DNA from: Bacilli bacterium | GTDB taxonomy: Bacteria > Bacillota_I > Bacilli_A > RF39 > UBA660 | Direction of reading: 5' to 3' | Assembly: GCA_016295795.1 (NCBI GenBank) | Contig: JAEDKN010000003.1 | Location: 1,680-65,679 of the forward strand | DNA: 64,000 bases | Shown: positions 47,353 through 56,429 of the stretch, one piece after another | Layout: each line of letters begins with the position of its first letter | Position numbering within the stretch: position 1 is the stretch's first letter | The notes under the pieces: model-generated | The model's database searches: none | What the model was told of the DNA's origin: nothing | The model's input: the letters and a program-made list of their open reading frames with translations, nothing else | Program-made: the position numbers and the translations under genes

Positions 47353-47940
47353 TTATTTTATATAAAATATAGATACTACTTTTGAAAATTGATACAAAAT
47401 AACATTGCTTTTATTTATTGCAAAACTTTTTCCAAATGCTTTACCACCTATAGTTAAAGCTGCAACAAATCCAGTAATTAATAATGTTATTAGAAGTAAA
47501 TTAATCGACAATTTACTAGCTAACGCTAAAGAAATAGAAGATGATAAAGCACCACTTATAATACCACAAATATCACCTATTACATCATTACAAAAACTAG
47601 AAAGCTTTTCAGCATTTTTTATAAACCTAACGGCAAGTGTTGCTCCTTTAACTCTTTTAGATGCCATTGAATTAAAAGTATTTATATCCGCTACAGTAAC
47701 ACTTATTCCTATCATGTCAAATAAAACACCAATCACTATTACTAAAAGCAAAAGAATTATACTTAATACAATGCCAACGTTCGAAATAGCTACTTCTGAT
47801 AGAAAAGAAAAACAAATAGATATCAGAAAAGCACTAAGAGTAATCGTGAAGATCCATCTAAAGTCTATTAGTTTTTTATTAACAACTTTTTTCTTATTAA
47901 CCTTTTTTGAATATTTTTCTTTATATTTTTTATTTTCCAT
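47353..47940 (-). CDS. Four-TM membrane protein with a Lys-rich N-terminus; OapA-like by position (OLE-associated protein)
   Basis: Start at the ATG at 47940 (SD GAGGG). MENKKYKEKYSKKVNKKKVVNKK then four hydrophobic helices with conserved-looking Asp (LFDMIG, CNDVIGDICG). Immediately 3' of the large structured RNA. Confidence 0.5.
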   Translation of the reverse strand: MENKKYKEKYSKKVNKKKVVNKKLIDFRWIFTITLSAFLISICFSFLSEVAISNVGIVLSIILLLLVIVIGVLFDMIGISVTVADINTFNSMASKRVKGATLAVRFIKNAEKLSSFCNDVIGDICGIISGALSSSISLALASKLSINLLLITLLITGFVAALTIGGKAFGKSFAINKSNVILYQFSKVVSIFYIK

Positions 47941-47954
47941 AATAACCCTCAAAT

Positions 47955-48535
47955 ATAAATGAAATGGCAACTAACATGATAAACTCTGTACCTTAGGTCA
48001 AGTTGGATTTCCCTTATTCTTACTTACCGTTACCAGTAAAGCAGTTCCCTTTTAAAAGAATAAATAGTAAGTCACCTTATCTATGACTTGATTGCCACTT
48101 AGTGCACACTGCAATCCCATGTTAGTCTACATTCTAGAGGTTTTCCCCAACAATACCCCCTATTACTAGTACTTTTTTGCAATAATAGTTTCAAGTAGCG
48201 ATACTAAAATAATGGTGTACGCCATATTTTAGCTGTCTCTATTCCCTATTACCACTCAAGTCAAGCTACTCTATCCGTAGCTTTCACTACATGATAGGTT
48301 TAATCCTAAGTCGTAAGAAGTATCAAAAGACCCTCCCACAAGCGTAGGTCTCTACGAACAAATGGGTCGGTTGCCGTATGCCGTTACGATCGCCCATAGG
48401 TTCTTCAAATCCAGCACCCACCCCATGTTGGGCACACAAAGCAAGCACCAGACGCTTCACAGATATGCTCTTTAACGATATTTTACCCTCGTCTTCGTAA
48501 TAATGTATTGACTAGAATAATGCGCCATTTCAATC
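47955..48535 (-). ncRNA. Large (~580 nt) GC-enriched structured RNA, candidate OLE (ornate large extremophilic) RNA
   Basis: No ORF in a 720-bp gap. Visibly higher G+C than the flanks. Extended -10 TGaTATAAT (rc 48539-48547) after the upstream gene terminator. 8-bp closing helix GAAAUGGC (rc 48524-48531) / GCCAUUUC (rc 47961-47968). Internal hairpins, e.g. GUAGU-GAAA-GCUAC and AGACC...GGUCU. Runs directly into the 4-TM gene. Confidence 0.55.
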
Positions 48536-48556
48536 AAGATTATATCATAAATAATT

Positions 48557-48581
48557 AAAAAAGAAAAGGAGTAACCTTTTC
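48557..48581 (-). terminator. Intrinsic terminator of the Ig-repeat surface protein gene
   Basis: Minus strand GAAAAGG-ttact-CCTTTTC followed by TTTTTT. Confidence 0.55.
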
Positions 48582-48693
48582 TTATAAATGACAATTCAAA
48601 TTCAAAACCAAATTGAGATTTAGAATATACCTGACGATTTAGTAATCACAGAATTTTATTAAAAGGCACATATTTCTTCTCACTTTAAATATT

Positions 48694-51195
48694 CTACCAT
48701 CCAGAAAATATCCATTCAAGTGCCTTCCTTGCAGCTTCTTTATCATTATTACTATAATTTGTTGCCATCACAGTAAATGATGGACTAACATTACCAGCTT
48801 TGTCATAACATCGCTTAGTATATAATACTATTTTATCTGCGTTCATATTGGCTTTTCTCTCACCAAACCATTTAATTGAATTATAGTCACCTTTTCTTAC
48901 TATTTTCATATTTTCATCTGGAACCCACGAGAATCCATTATAGTCCCCATATGGCGAACCACCTGAATAAGGTTTCCAAACGATTTCACAGTAATTTATT
49001 CCGGAACCATTATTATTATCTTTTGTATTTATTCCCAAGTTAAGATTTTCGCCTGGATATACACTAACAAGGCAATAAACATGTTTTGAATTTGTTAAAT
49101 AACTAAGCCCAACACTATCTTCAAAATTGCCACCTTCAAAGTTACATCCGCTTCCCGATTTATCAATCTTATACATTTTATTGCTATCAATATATGGTGT
49201 ATAAGGCGCCGTTTTATCTATCTTTATATATTTTTTTTCTTTTGTCTCATTTCCCGCTTTATCAGTAACTGTCACAGTAAAAGTATATGACCCGTCACTA
49301 TCGTAATGCGTTCTTGCAGTAGCAGTCTGTCCATTTATATTTTTTTCTAAACTCTTTTCGGAAGTTATACTTGCTATTCCGGATTCATCATAAGCACTTA
49401 CTTTAATATATACAGACTTATTGGTCCAAGAATTACCAGTATATGAGCTTCCATCATAACCCCCAAGAGTAGCTAATATTGTAACATTTGGAGTAACAGT
49501 ATCTATATTTACCTTATATGAACTTGATGTTATTTCGCCAGAAGAAGTTGTAGCTACAACCTTATATGTACCTGATACACTTGCGGAATAAGTATTAGAT
49601 GTCCCAGACGAAATCTGAGAAGTACCACGATACCATACATATTTAGTTGCCGTTCCATTATTAACTTTAGCAGTTAATGTCACTGATTTATTAGTCCAAG
49701 TACCACTTCCAACACTTCCGGTTAAAGTAATAGTTGGTTTTACTGCAGGTACAATACTAACCGTCTTAGAAACAACCGTATTTCCAGCACCAGTTGTAAC
49801 TTTTACTTTATAAGTTCCTGTAGAAGTAGGAGTATATGTATTCTTAGTAGCTCCACTTATTGCAGTATCTGATTTATACCATTGATATTTATATCCACTT
49901 GCTGTAGTTGATGGAGTTACAACTACTTTCAGCGTACTACCTAATGTAGTATTACCTTCAATTGATGCTTTTGGAACAGTTTTGTCAATTTTAAAAATAT
50001 TAAAACTATAGGCTGTTTTGTTCCCTTTTTTATCCCTTACAATTATTGTTCCTTTTTGATTAGAAGAAAATTCTTTACTATTAGATTTCTGATAAGTTTT
50101 TCCTCCATCAAATGAATATGCAGTATCATGCAATCCATTAACCGCTGTTGCGTTTACTTTCAAAGTCACGTTTTTATTTGTCCAAGAAGTTGGATTACCT
50201 GTAACACTTTTTATTACTGGTGCTACTTTGCTATTATTTGTACTACTTCCACTACTAGACTTCTTAATATTTACTTTATAAACCCCAGAAGTAACACTAT
50301 TTCCACTACCTGTTGTAACAACGACCTTATAGTCTCCAGTAGTTGTTGCTGAATACGTACTCTTAGTAGCCCCATTTATTTTTGTACTTCCACGATACCA
50401 TTGATACTTATATCCACTAACAGTAGTATCAGGAGTAACAATAGCAGTTAAAGTTACATTTGAGGTTGTAGAAACTCCACTTTCTACACTTCCCTCAATT
50501 ATAACTGCTGGTTTCGTTGAATCTATATTAGTTATTTCCTTAGTAAAGATTGCACTTTCATTATTTTTTTCATCTCTTACCCTTATTTGAAGAGTTGTAT
50601 TATCTGTAACAATATAAGTGTTTGATTCTTGATAGTTTTCTCCACCATCAAACGAATATGCTGTTTGATTTAATGGATTAACACTTTCAACAACCACTTC
50701 TACTTTAACTTGTGAATTTGTATATCCTGTAGGAGTCACCTTGACATCTTTTATTACAGGTGCATCTTTGGATTGTTTACATATATTTAATGTATATTTT
50801 CTTACATCTTTACTCTGTGCAGTAACGGTTATAACATGTTCAACACATTCATCTTGTAAATAAATTCTCTTATCACACCCATTAGTTGTAGCTTTAGAGC
50901 TTTCACTACTACACTTTATAGTAACAATGTCTTCACTAGCAGATACTGTATAATTTAAAACTTCTTTGTTATATTCTGGCTCTAATTCTCCATTAGTTAC
51001 CGAAATACTGGTAAGATAATTGTTAGTACTTTTCTTATTTAATTTAGAAAAAGCAAAAACGCAAAGTAATATTATAAGTAACACCGCAACAATCGATATT
51101 ATTATTATTACCATTTTGGGTTTTTTATCTTCACCATCAGTATATAGACTATTGTCTATTGTTTTTTCTTCTTCTTTTTCATTATAATTATCCAT
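48694..51195 (-). CDS. Membrane-anchored surface protein with a cadherin-like beta-sandwich domain and repeated Ig-like domains
   Basis: N-terminal TM anchor. LTSISVTNGELEPEYNKEVLNYTV... (cadherin-like). Three repeats of SGYKYQWY(R/K)...ATK.TY...G.YKV.VTT. Repeated IDKT.P linkers. Confidence 0.6.
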   Translation of the reverse strand: MDNYNEKEEEKTIDNSLYTDGEDKKPKMVIIIISIVAVLLIILLCVFAFSKLNKKSTNNYLTSISVTNGELEPEYNKEVLNYTVSASEDIVTIKCSSESSKATTNGCDKRIYLQDECVEHVITVTAQSKDVRKYTLNICKQSKDAPVIKDVKVTPTGYTNSQVKVEVVVESVNPLNQTAYSFDGGENYQESNTYIVTDNTTLQIRVRDEKNNESAIFTKEITNIDSTKPAVIIEGSVESGVSTTSNVTLTAIVTPDTTVSGYKYQWYRGSTKINGATKSTYSATTTGDYKVVVTTGSGNSVTSGVYKVNIKKSSSGSSTNNSKVAPVIKSVTGNPTSWTNKNVTLKVNATAVNGLHDTAYSFDGGKTYQKSNSKEFSSNQKGTIIVRDKKGNKTAYSFNIFKIDKTVPKASIEGNTTLGSTLKVVVTPSTTASGYKYQWYKSDTAISGATKNTYTPTSTGTYKVKVTTGAGNTVVSKTVSIVPAVKPTITLTGSVGSGTWTNKSVTLTAKVNNGTATKYVWYRGTSQISSGTSNTYSASVSGTYKVVATTSSGEITSSSYKVNIDTVTPNVTILATLGGYDGSSYTGNSWTNKSVYIKVSAYDESGIASITSEKSLEKNINGQTATARTHYDSDGSYTFTVTVTDKAGNETKEKKYIKIDKTAPYTPYIDSNKMYKIDKSGSGCNFEGGNFEDSVGLSYLTNSKHVYCLVSVYPGENLNLGINTKDNNNGSGINYCEIVWKPYSGGSPYGDYNGFSWVPDENMKIVRKGDYNSIKWFGERKANMNADKIVLYTKRCYDKAGNVSPSFTVMATNYSNNDKEAARKALEWIFSGW

Positions 51196-51242
51196 ATAAT
51201 CACTCTCACTCTATCATAGTCATTATATCAGCTTTATTAACA

Positions 51243-51268
51243 AAAAAAAAGAGAATTTTTCTCTTTTT
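51243..51268 (-). terminator. Intrinsic terminator after the CotD-like gene
   Basis: Minus strand AGAGAA-aaa-TTCTCT followed by TTTTTTTTT. Confidence 0.45.
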
Positions 51269-51280
51269 TATTAGATTTTT

Positions 51281-51625
51281 TTATCTAAACTGACAACAAG
51301 AACCACATTGAACATTTGATACTGTATCTTGACTGCAACAACTATAACTTGGACGATAAGTATGACGATAAACATGGTTATTAATTACTCTGGTTCTGAT
51401 TGGACATACATGTGGAACTTCGTGCATAATAGTTCTTTGTACCACTCTTTCTTGAACTGGTTCAATAATTGGACATGATACACTTCCAGGCATTTGCATT
51501 CCACTTCCCTGTGCTGCCATAGGCATATTTTCTACATTGATATCAACATCCATGTTTACATCATTATACCCAGCGAAATTAGCATTAAATTCATTTTGTC
51601 TATCACAACATTGTTCTCTAAACAT
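51281..51625 (-). CDS. CotD-like Cys-rich spore coat protein candidate
   Basis: 114 aa. HEVPHVCPIRTRVINNHVYRHTYRP resembles the CotD H.V.P...H.VNHH.Y.H repeat. Cys-rich ends. Confidence 0.45.
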   Translation of the reverse strand: MFREQCCDRQNEFNANFAGYNDVNMDVDINVENMPMAAQGSGMQMPGSVSCPIIEPVQERVVQRTIMHEVPHVCPIRTRVINNHVYRHTYRPSYSCCSQDTVSNVQCGSCCQFR

Positions 51626-51707
51626 TTAAAAATCCTCCTATCTAGTCATATGATATTCATATAAGCGAAAAGTTAATATTTTAAAGGCCTAGAGATTAAA
51701 AAAACAC

Positions 51708-53015
51708 CTAAAAAGGCATTTTTATTTTCCCGTTTGTAAATTGTTTCATCATCTTTTTCATTTGTTCGAATTGAGTTAAAAGTTTATTTACTTCTTGAAC
51801 AGACAACCCACACCCTTTGGCTATTCTAGTTTTTCTACTTGCCTTTATTATATCAGGATTTTTCCTTTCATCTGGTGTCATAGAAAGTATTATCGCCTCT
51901 ATATGAGCCATTTGTTTTGGATCTATTTTTACATTATTCAATCCCATTTTAGAAGCCCCAGGTATTAGTTTTATTAAATTCTCAAGAGGTCCTAATTTTT
52001 TTATTTGTTTCATCTGGCTTAGAAAATCTTCTAAATCAAATTTCCCACTTTGCATTTTCTTAGCGGCTTTTTCGGCTTCTTTTTCATCTATTGCTTCTGT
52101 TGCTTTTTCAACCAAAGATACAATATCTCCCATTCCTAAAATTCTACCAGCCATTCTTTTAGGATCAAAGGAGTCCAATCCATCAAGCTTTTCACTTACA
52201 CCAATAAATTTTATTGGTACATTAGTTAAATGTCGTACAGATAAAGCAACTCCACCTCTAGTATCACCATCCAACTTAGTTAATATTACACCAGTAAGAG
52301 GTAGTTTATCATTAAACCCTGTAATAACATTAATAGAATCTTGTCCCATCATAGAATCTATTACTAATAAAATTTCCTGAGGATTTACTTCTTTTTTTAT
52401 GTTATCCAACTCATTCATCAAATCTTCGTCTATATGAAGTCGTCCAGCAGTATCAATTAACACATAATCATATTTATTTTCCCTAGCATAATCAATTGCA
52501 TGCTTAGCAATTTCTACAGGATTGTTTTTTCCTTCATCATAGACTTCAATTCCAAGTTGTTTACCAATTTGTTTTAACTGATCAATTGCCGCAGGACGAT
52601 AAACGTCACAGGCAACTAAAAGAGGTCTTTTAGAGTGTTTTTTCCTTAAATAATTAGCTAACTTACCAATAGTAGTAGTCTTACCAGAGCCTTGAAGACC
52701 AACTAACATTAATATCGCAGGACTTCCACTCAAATTAAGAGGCTTTTCTTCTCCACCTAAAAGATTTACTAATTCATCATTAATTATTTTTACAAACAAA
52801 TCCCCTGGCTTAATACTTCTTTTTACCTCTTCACCTAAAGCTTTTTCTTTTACAGCTGTAGTAAATTCCTTTACAACTTGATAATTTACATCAGCTTCTA
52901 ATAAAGCAAGTCTAATTTCTCTCATCATTTCACTGATATTATCTTCTGTTATTTTACCGTATCCCTTTATTTTTGATACTACATTCTGTAATCTATCCCC
53001 TAAACTTTCAAACAT
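51708..53015 (-). CDS. ffh: Signal recognition particle protein Ffh
   Basis: MFESLGDRLQ..., GLQGSGKTTT, DTAGR, TKLDGD, Met-rich M domain. Confidence 0.92.
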   Translation of the reverse strand: MFESLGDRLQNVVSKIKGYGKITEDNISEMMREIRLALLEADVNYQVVKEFTTAVKEKALGEEVKRSIKPGDLFVKIINDELVNLLGGEEKPLNLSGSPAILMLVGLQGSGKTTTIGKLANYLRKKHSKRPLLVACDVYRPAAIDQLKQIGKQLGIEVYDEGKNNPVEIAKHAIDYARENKYDYVLIDTAGRLHIDEDLMNELDNIKKEVNPQEILLVIDSMMGQDSINVITGFNDKLPLTGVILTKLDGDTRGGVALSVRHLTNVPIKFIGVSEKLDGLDSFDPKRMAGRILGMGDIVSLVEKATEAIDEKEAEKAAKKMQSGKFDLEDFLSQMKQIKKLGPLENLIKLIPGASKMGLNNVKIDPKQMAHIEAIILSMTPDERKNPDIIKASRKTRIAKGCGLSVQEVNKLLTQFEQMKKMMKQFTNGKIKMPF

Positions 53016-53071
53016 TTATATCACCATATAACATTCTAACACAAATAAAAGGAAAAGTATAACTAAATAGT

Positions 53072-55000
53072 TTATTTACTTTTCCTTGCCTCAATATAAT
53101 CCTGTGCATAAACCTCATCTATTTGTTCTTTTTTATTACGCTTATATTTATCTGTATTAATCAAAACTATATACAATCCAGCTTTTTTTGATATTTCTAC
53201 ATCTTTTTCTGTAACCTCGTCATAACAAACCAAATATGCTGGTTTCAATGGTTTGATGTTTTGATTTACTTCATCATTTTTCCATGAATTGCGACTATTT
53301 ATTACAACTTCGTTATAATCGCAGGTATTTTCCATAAGATTTTTAGGCGTAGCTATTCTATTAATTCTCCTACTAGAGTTTCTATAACGTTCTCTATCAA
53401 AATAAGAATAAGAGTCTTTATTTGACAAATGCACAACATTATCAATATCAAAATCTTCAAAGCCAATTGTTATAAAAATATTAGGATTTTTAAATGTTTC
53501 AATACTTTCAGTTCCAATAAATGAACAAGATATAGAATCAGAATTAACCCCATCTTTCCATTTGAAATTAAGATCTCTTTTTTCCTGACTTGTAGAATGA
53601 ACCAGTCCTAAGAAATCTTGTCCATTAAGCTCATATACATCAACCCCAAACTTATTACTTAACTCTTCGTTCTTAAGATTTTTATCTTTTTCATGCCTAA
53701 TAATTTTTGCTTTAAGCATTTCATAAGATTCGTTCTTGCTTGCTCTCATAATGTCATAAAATTCTTCTGCATAATTCTTAGACTTCATCTCATTATACAA
53801 TTGTATTTTTCTATCATCAGAAAGTTCAGAAATATTATAAATTTCAGTAAGCAATTTTAATTGTTCGTCAGTTATAATTTTTTGTTCATTATTAAATGAA
53901 ATTATCTCTGTTATATTTTTCAAAACATTTACATATATATCCTTAAAATTCCTATCAAAAATAATTTCATTTAAGTCTTGATCAGATAATTTCCTTATAG
54001 ATTGATAAATTTCTTCTGTGGTATTTTTTGAATTTATATTTAAATCGTACATTTTTGAAAAATCACACGGATCATTATCCAAATCGAAAAAATCACTTAA
54101 TATCTTTCTCCTATAAGAAGGAGGAGAGCTTTTAATATCATCATATAATTTCTTATAATGAGGTAACAGACCAGTTTCAAAATCAAAATGTTCTATTAAA
54201 TTATCATAATATTCATCCCGCTTTTCTTCTATATATAATGGGTTATGCTTGTCAGAAAAGTCTTCCATAAAAAATCTATATTTTATAACATCAGCGATAC
54301 CAATTATCTTTTTAATAAACCTAGCATCTTGATATATTGCAGTCGGTATTTCAAAGCCTTTATTTATCAAGTTTTCTATCTCACTTAAATTCATATCAAA
54401 AATCATATTTCCAGCTAATTCATTAGTTTCAACTATATATTGAATTGTCTCTTTATTTAAATATTTAAAATCATTTTTAGATAAACCTCTATGAAAAACA
54501 TCTTCAAAATTTCTAATAATTTCAATTTGAGTTTTCGAAGAAAATCGAGATAATAATTCAACAATATCAATAGTATATTTATCATTTTTATCTACTTCCC
54601 TCAAAAGCGCATAAGCTGTTTTGGGACCAACTACATCTAAAGAAAGATAACTATTCAAGAAATTATAATTTTCTAATAATTTTTTAATCATTTTAGAATT
54701 TGATAATATATTATCAATCTCATGACAAGGCGATGATAACAATCCATTTAATTTTGTCTTAATATCCTGCGAATTGCACAAAAGACTAATGCCTTCTTCA
54801 TCTAAAAGTTCTTGTATCGAGCTATCAGTTATATCTTGAACAACCCAAACAAAAATATATTTATTTTCACAATTGATTATTCTGTTTTTTATTGTTTTAT
54901 CTTTAAAAAGTTCATGTTTGTTTTTACTATTTTTTATATACTCTACAAAGTAATTTTCATCAACATCATATAAAAACGAATAATTAGAATTAAAGGCCAT
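53072..55000 (-). CDS. Hypothetical 642-aa protein inserted between ylxM and ffh
   Basis: Long ORF, start at the ATG at 55000 (SD AGGTGA). Preceded by the ylxM terminator and a TATAAT box. No motif recognised. Confidence 0.5.
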   Translation of the reverse strand: MAFNSNYSFLYDVDENYFVEYIKNSKNKHELFKDKTIKNRIINCENKYIFVWVVQDITDSSIQELLDEEGISLLCNSQDIKTKLNGLLSSPCHEIDNILSNSKMIKKLLENYNFLNSYLSLDVVGPKTAYALLREVDKNDKYTIDIVELLSRFSSKTQIEIIRNFEDVFHRGLSKNDFKYLNKETIQYIVETNELAGNMIFDMNLSEIENLINKGFEIPTAIYQDARFIKKIIGIADVIKYRFFMEDFSDKHNPLYIEEKRDEYYDNLIEHFDFETGLLPHYKKLYDDIKSSPPSYRRKILSDFFDLDNDPCDFSKMYDLNINSKNTTEEIYQSIRKLSDQDLNEIIFDRNFKDIYVNVLKNITEIISFNNEQKIITDEQLKLLTEIYNISELSDDRKIQLYNEMKSKNYAEEFYDIMRASKNESYEMLKAKIIRHEKDKNLKNEELSNKFGVDVYELNGQDFLGLVHSTSQEKRDLNFKWKDGVNSDSISCSFIGTESIETFKNPNIFITIGFEDFDIDNVVHLSNKDSYSYFDRERYRNSSRRINRIATPKNLMENTCDYNEVVINSRNSWKNDEVNQNIKPLKPAYLVCYDEVTEKDVEISKKAGLYIVLINTDKYKRNKKEQIDEVYAQDYIEARKSK

Positions 55001-55025
55001 ATTATCACCTAGTATCATTATATAA

Positions 55026-55049
55026 CAAATAAAAAGATGTTTCCATCTT
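55026..55049 (-). terminator. Intrinsic terminator after ylxM
   Basis: Minus strand AAGATG-gaaa-CATCTT followed by TTTATTTG. Confidence 0.45.
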
Positions 55050-55051
55050 TT

Positions 55052-55345
55052 CTATAATAGATCTTCTATTTTTTCTAAAGTTTCTTCTGATATCTCTTTA
55101 GAAAGAATATCTAAAACTTTTTCTTTCCTCTCAAGCAGCTTCAAAACACTTTCAAGCTCCTCTAATCTTGCCTCTACTATTTTTATTTGATTATGTACCG
55201 CATTACGACTAACATTATTATTTTCAGAAATTTCTGAAAGAGACAAATTATTGTGATAATAGTCTTCGAAATACTCTTGTTGCTTTTCAGTAAAAAGTTC
55301 TTTGTAATAATCATATAAATCATTTAAACGTATTCTCTTGTCCAT
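55052..55345 (-). CDS. ylxM: YlxM/UPF0122 putative DNA-binding protein of the SRP operon
   Basis: RLNDLYDYYKELFTEKQQEYFEDYYHNNLSLSEISENNNVSRNAVHNQIK is a sigma-70 r4-like HTH. Directly after ftsY. Confidence 0.8.
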   Translation of the reverse strand: MDKRIRLNDLYDYYKELFTEKQQEYFEDYYHNNLSLSEISENNNVSRNAVHNQIKIVEARLEELESVLKLLERKEKVLDILSKEISEETLEKIEDLL

Positions 55346-55354
55346 ATTATTACC

Positions 55355-56389
55355 TCACATCATATCCTTAAATAAACCATATATATATTTTTCTATATCA
55401 AATACTTGTAAATCTTCTTTTTTCTCTCCTAGTCCTATATATTTTACAGGAATTCCTACTTTTTCTTTTATTGCAAGAACTATTCCACCTTTGGCAGTAC
55501 CATCTAATTTGGTTAGAACTATACCAGTAATATTAGTTATTTCTTTAAATGAGACAGCTTGACTTATTCCATTTTGTCCCGTTGTTGCATCTATTACTAA
55601 CAATGTTTCATGAGGAGCATTAGGAATAATTTTTCCTATAACTCTGTTTATTTTTTCTAACTCTTTCATCAAATTTGATTTGTTCTGCAGTCTTCCTGCA
55701 GTATCTATTAATACCACATCTACATCTTCTTCTAAGGCTTTCTCTAATCCGTCATATATAACACTAGACGGGTCTACTCCTTCTTCTTTACCAACAAATA
55801 AAGTACCTACTTTATCAGCCCATTCTTTTAACTGCTTAGTTGCACCTGCACGGAATGTATCCCCAGCAATCATCATAACTTTTTTTCCTTCTGATTTTAA
55901 TTTATCAGCCAATTTTGCGATAGTTGTAGTCTTCCCTACGCCGTTAACTCCAACAAATAATATTACAGTAGGAGAATCATTAGAAAAATTGATTTTGCTT
56001 GTTATTACTTCGTCATTTACATATATTATGAATAATTCGTCTACTATAACTTCCTTTAAATAATTGGTATCATCTATTTTTTCTCGTTTAACTCTGTCTT
56101 TTAATCTGTCTACAAAGTTCATTACTGTTTCAACACCAATATCCGCATTTATTAAAATTTCCTCAAGCTCATCAAAGTATTCATCTGTAACTTTTTTATA
56201 TTTATTTGTTAGATTAACTAATCTTGATACAAAATTTTCTCTTGTCTTAGTCAATCCTTTTTCATATATCTTTACATCTTCGACACTTTTTTCTTTTAAT
56301 TTTCCATCATTTTGTTTGTTTTTTTGTTCTATGACATCATTATCCTGATTATGAACAAATTTATTTTTTATTTTGCTAAACAATCCCAT
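55355..56389 (-). CDS. ftsY: Signal recognition particle receptor FtsY
   Basis: GVNGVGKTTT, DTAGR, TKLDGT. Start at the ATG at 56389 (MGLFSKIKNKF). Confidence 0.9.
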   Translation of the reverse strand: MGLFSKIKNKFVHNQDNDVIEQKNKQNDGKLKEKSVEDVKIYEKGLTKTRENFVSRLVNLTNKYKKVTDEYFDELEEILINADIGVETVMNFVDRLKDRVKREKIDDTNYLKEVIVDELFIIYVNDEVITSKINFSNDSPTVILFVGVNGVGKTTTIAKLADKLKSEGKKVMMIAGDTFRAGATKQLKEWADKVGTLFVGKEEGVDPSSVIYDGLEKALEEDVDVVLIDTAGRLQNKSNLMKELEKINRVIGKIIPNAPHETLLVIDATTGQNGISQAVSFKEITNITGIVLTKLDGTAKGGIVLAIKEKVGIPVKYIGLGEKKEDLQVFDIEKYIYGLFKDMM

Positions 56390-56429
56390 ATGTATCACCA
56401 TAGTAATTATAACAAAAAAAAGAGATTAT

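Noticed and set aside
47405-47962. 185-aa plus-strand ORF exactly antisense to the 4-TM membrane protein gene
   Set aside because: Mirror ORF of an AT-rich hydrophobic gene. It has no SD and runs against the local operon direction. The minus-strand frame has a GAGGG SD and a clean basic-N-terminus/4-TM pattern.
47955-48535. Alternative identities for the large RNA: RNase P RNA, tmRNA, group II intron domain, SRP RNA
   Set aside because: I could not find GAGGAAAGTCC (RNase P), a GGGG...TTCGAC 5' end or tRNA-like 3' end (tmRNA), a domain V consensus or RT ORF (group II intron), or the GGAAG/AGCA SRP domain IV. Only a covariance-model search can settle the class.
55680-56348. Two plus-strand ORFs (127 and 94 aa) antisense to ftsY
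   Set aside because: ftsY on the minus strand has unambiguous GTPase motifs. The antisense ORFs are Ser/Thr/Phe-rich shadow frames.
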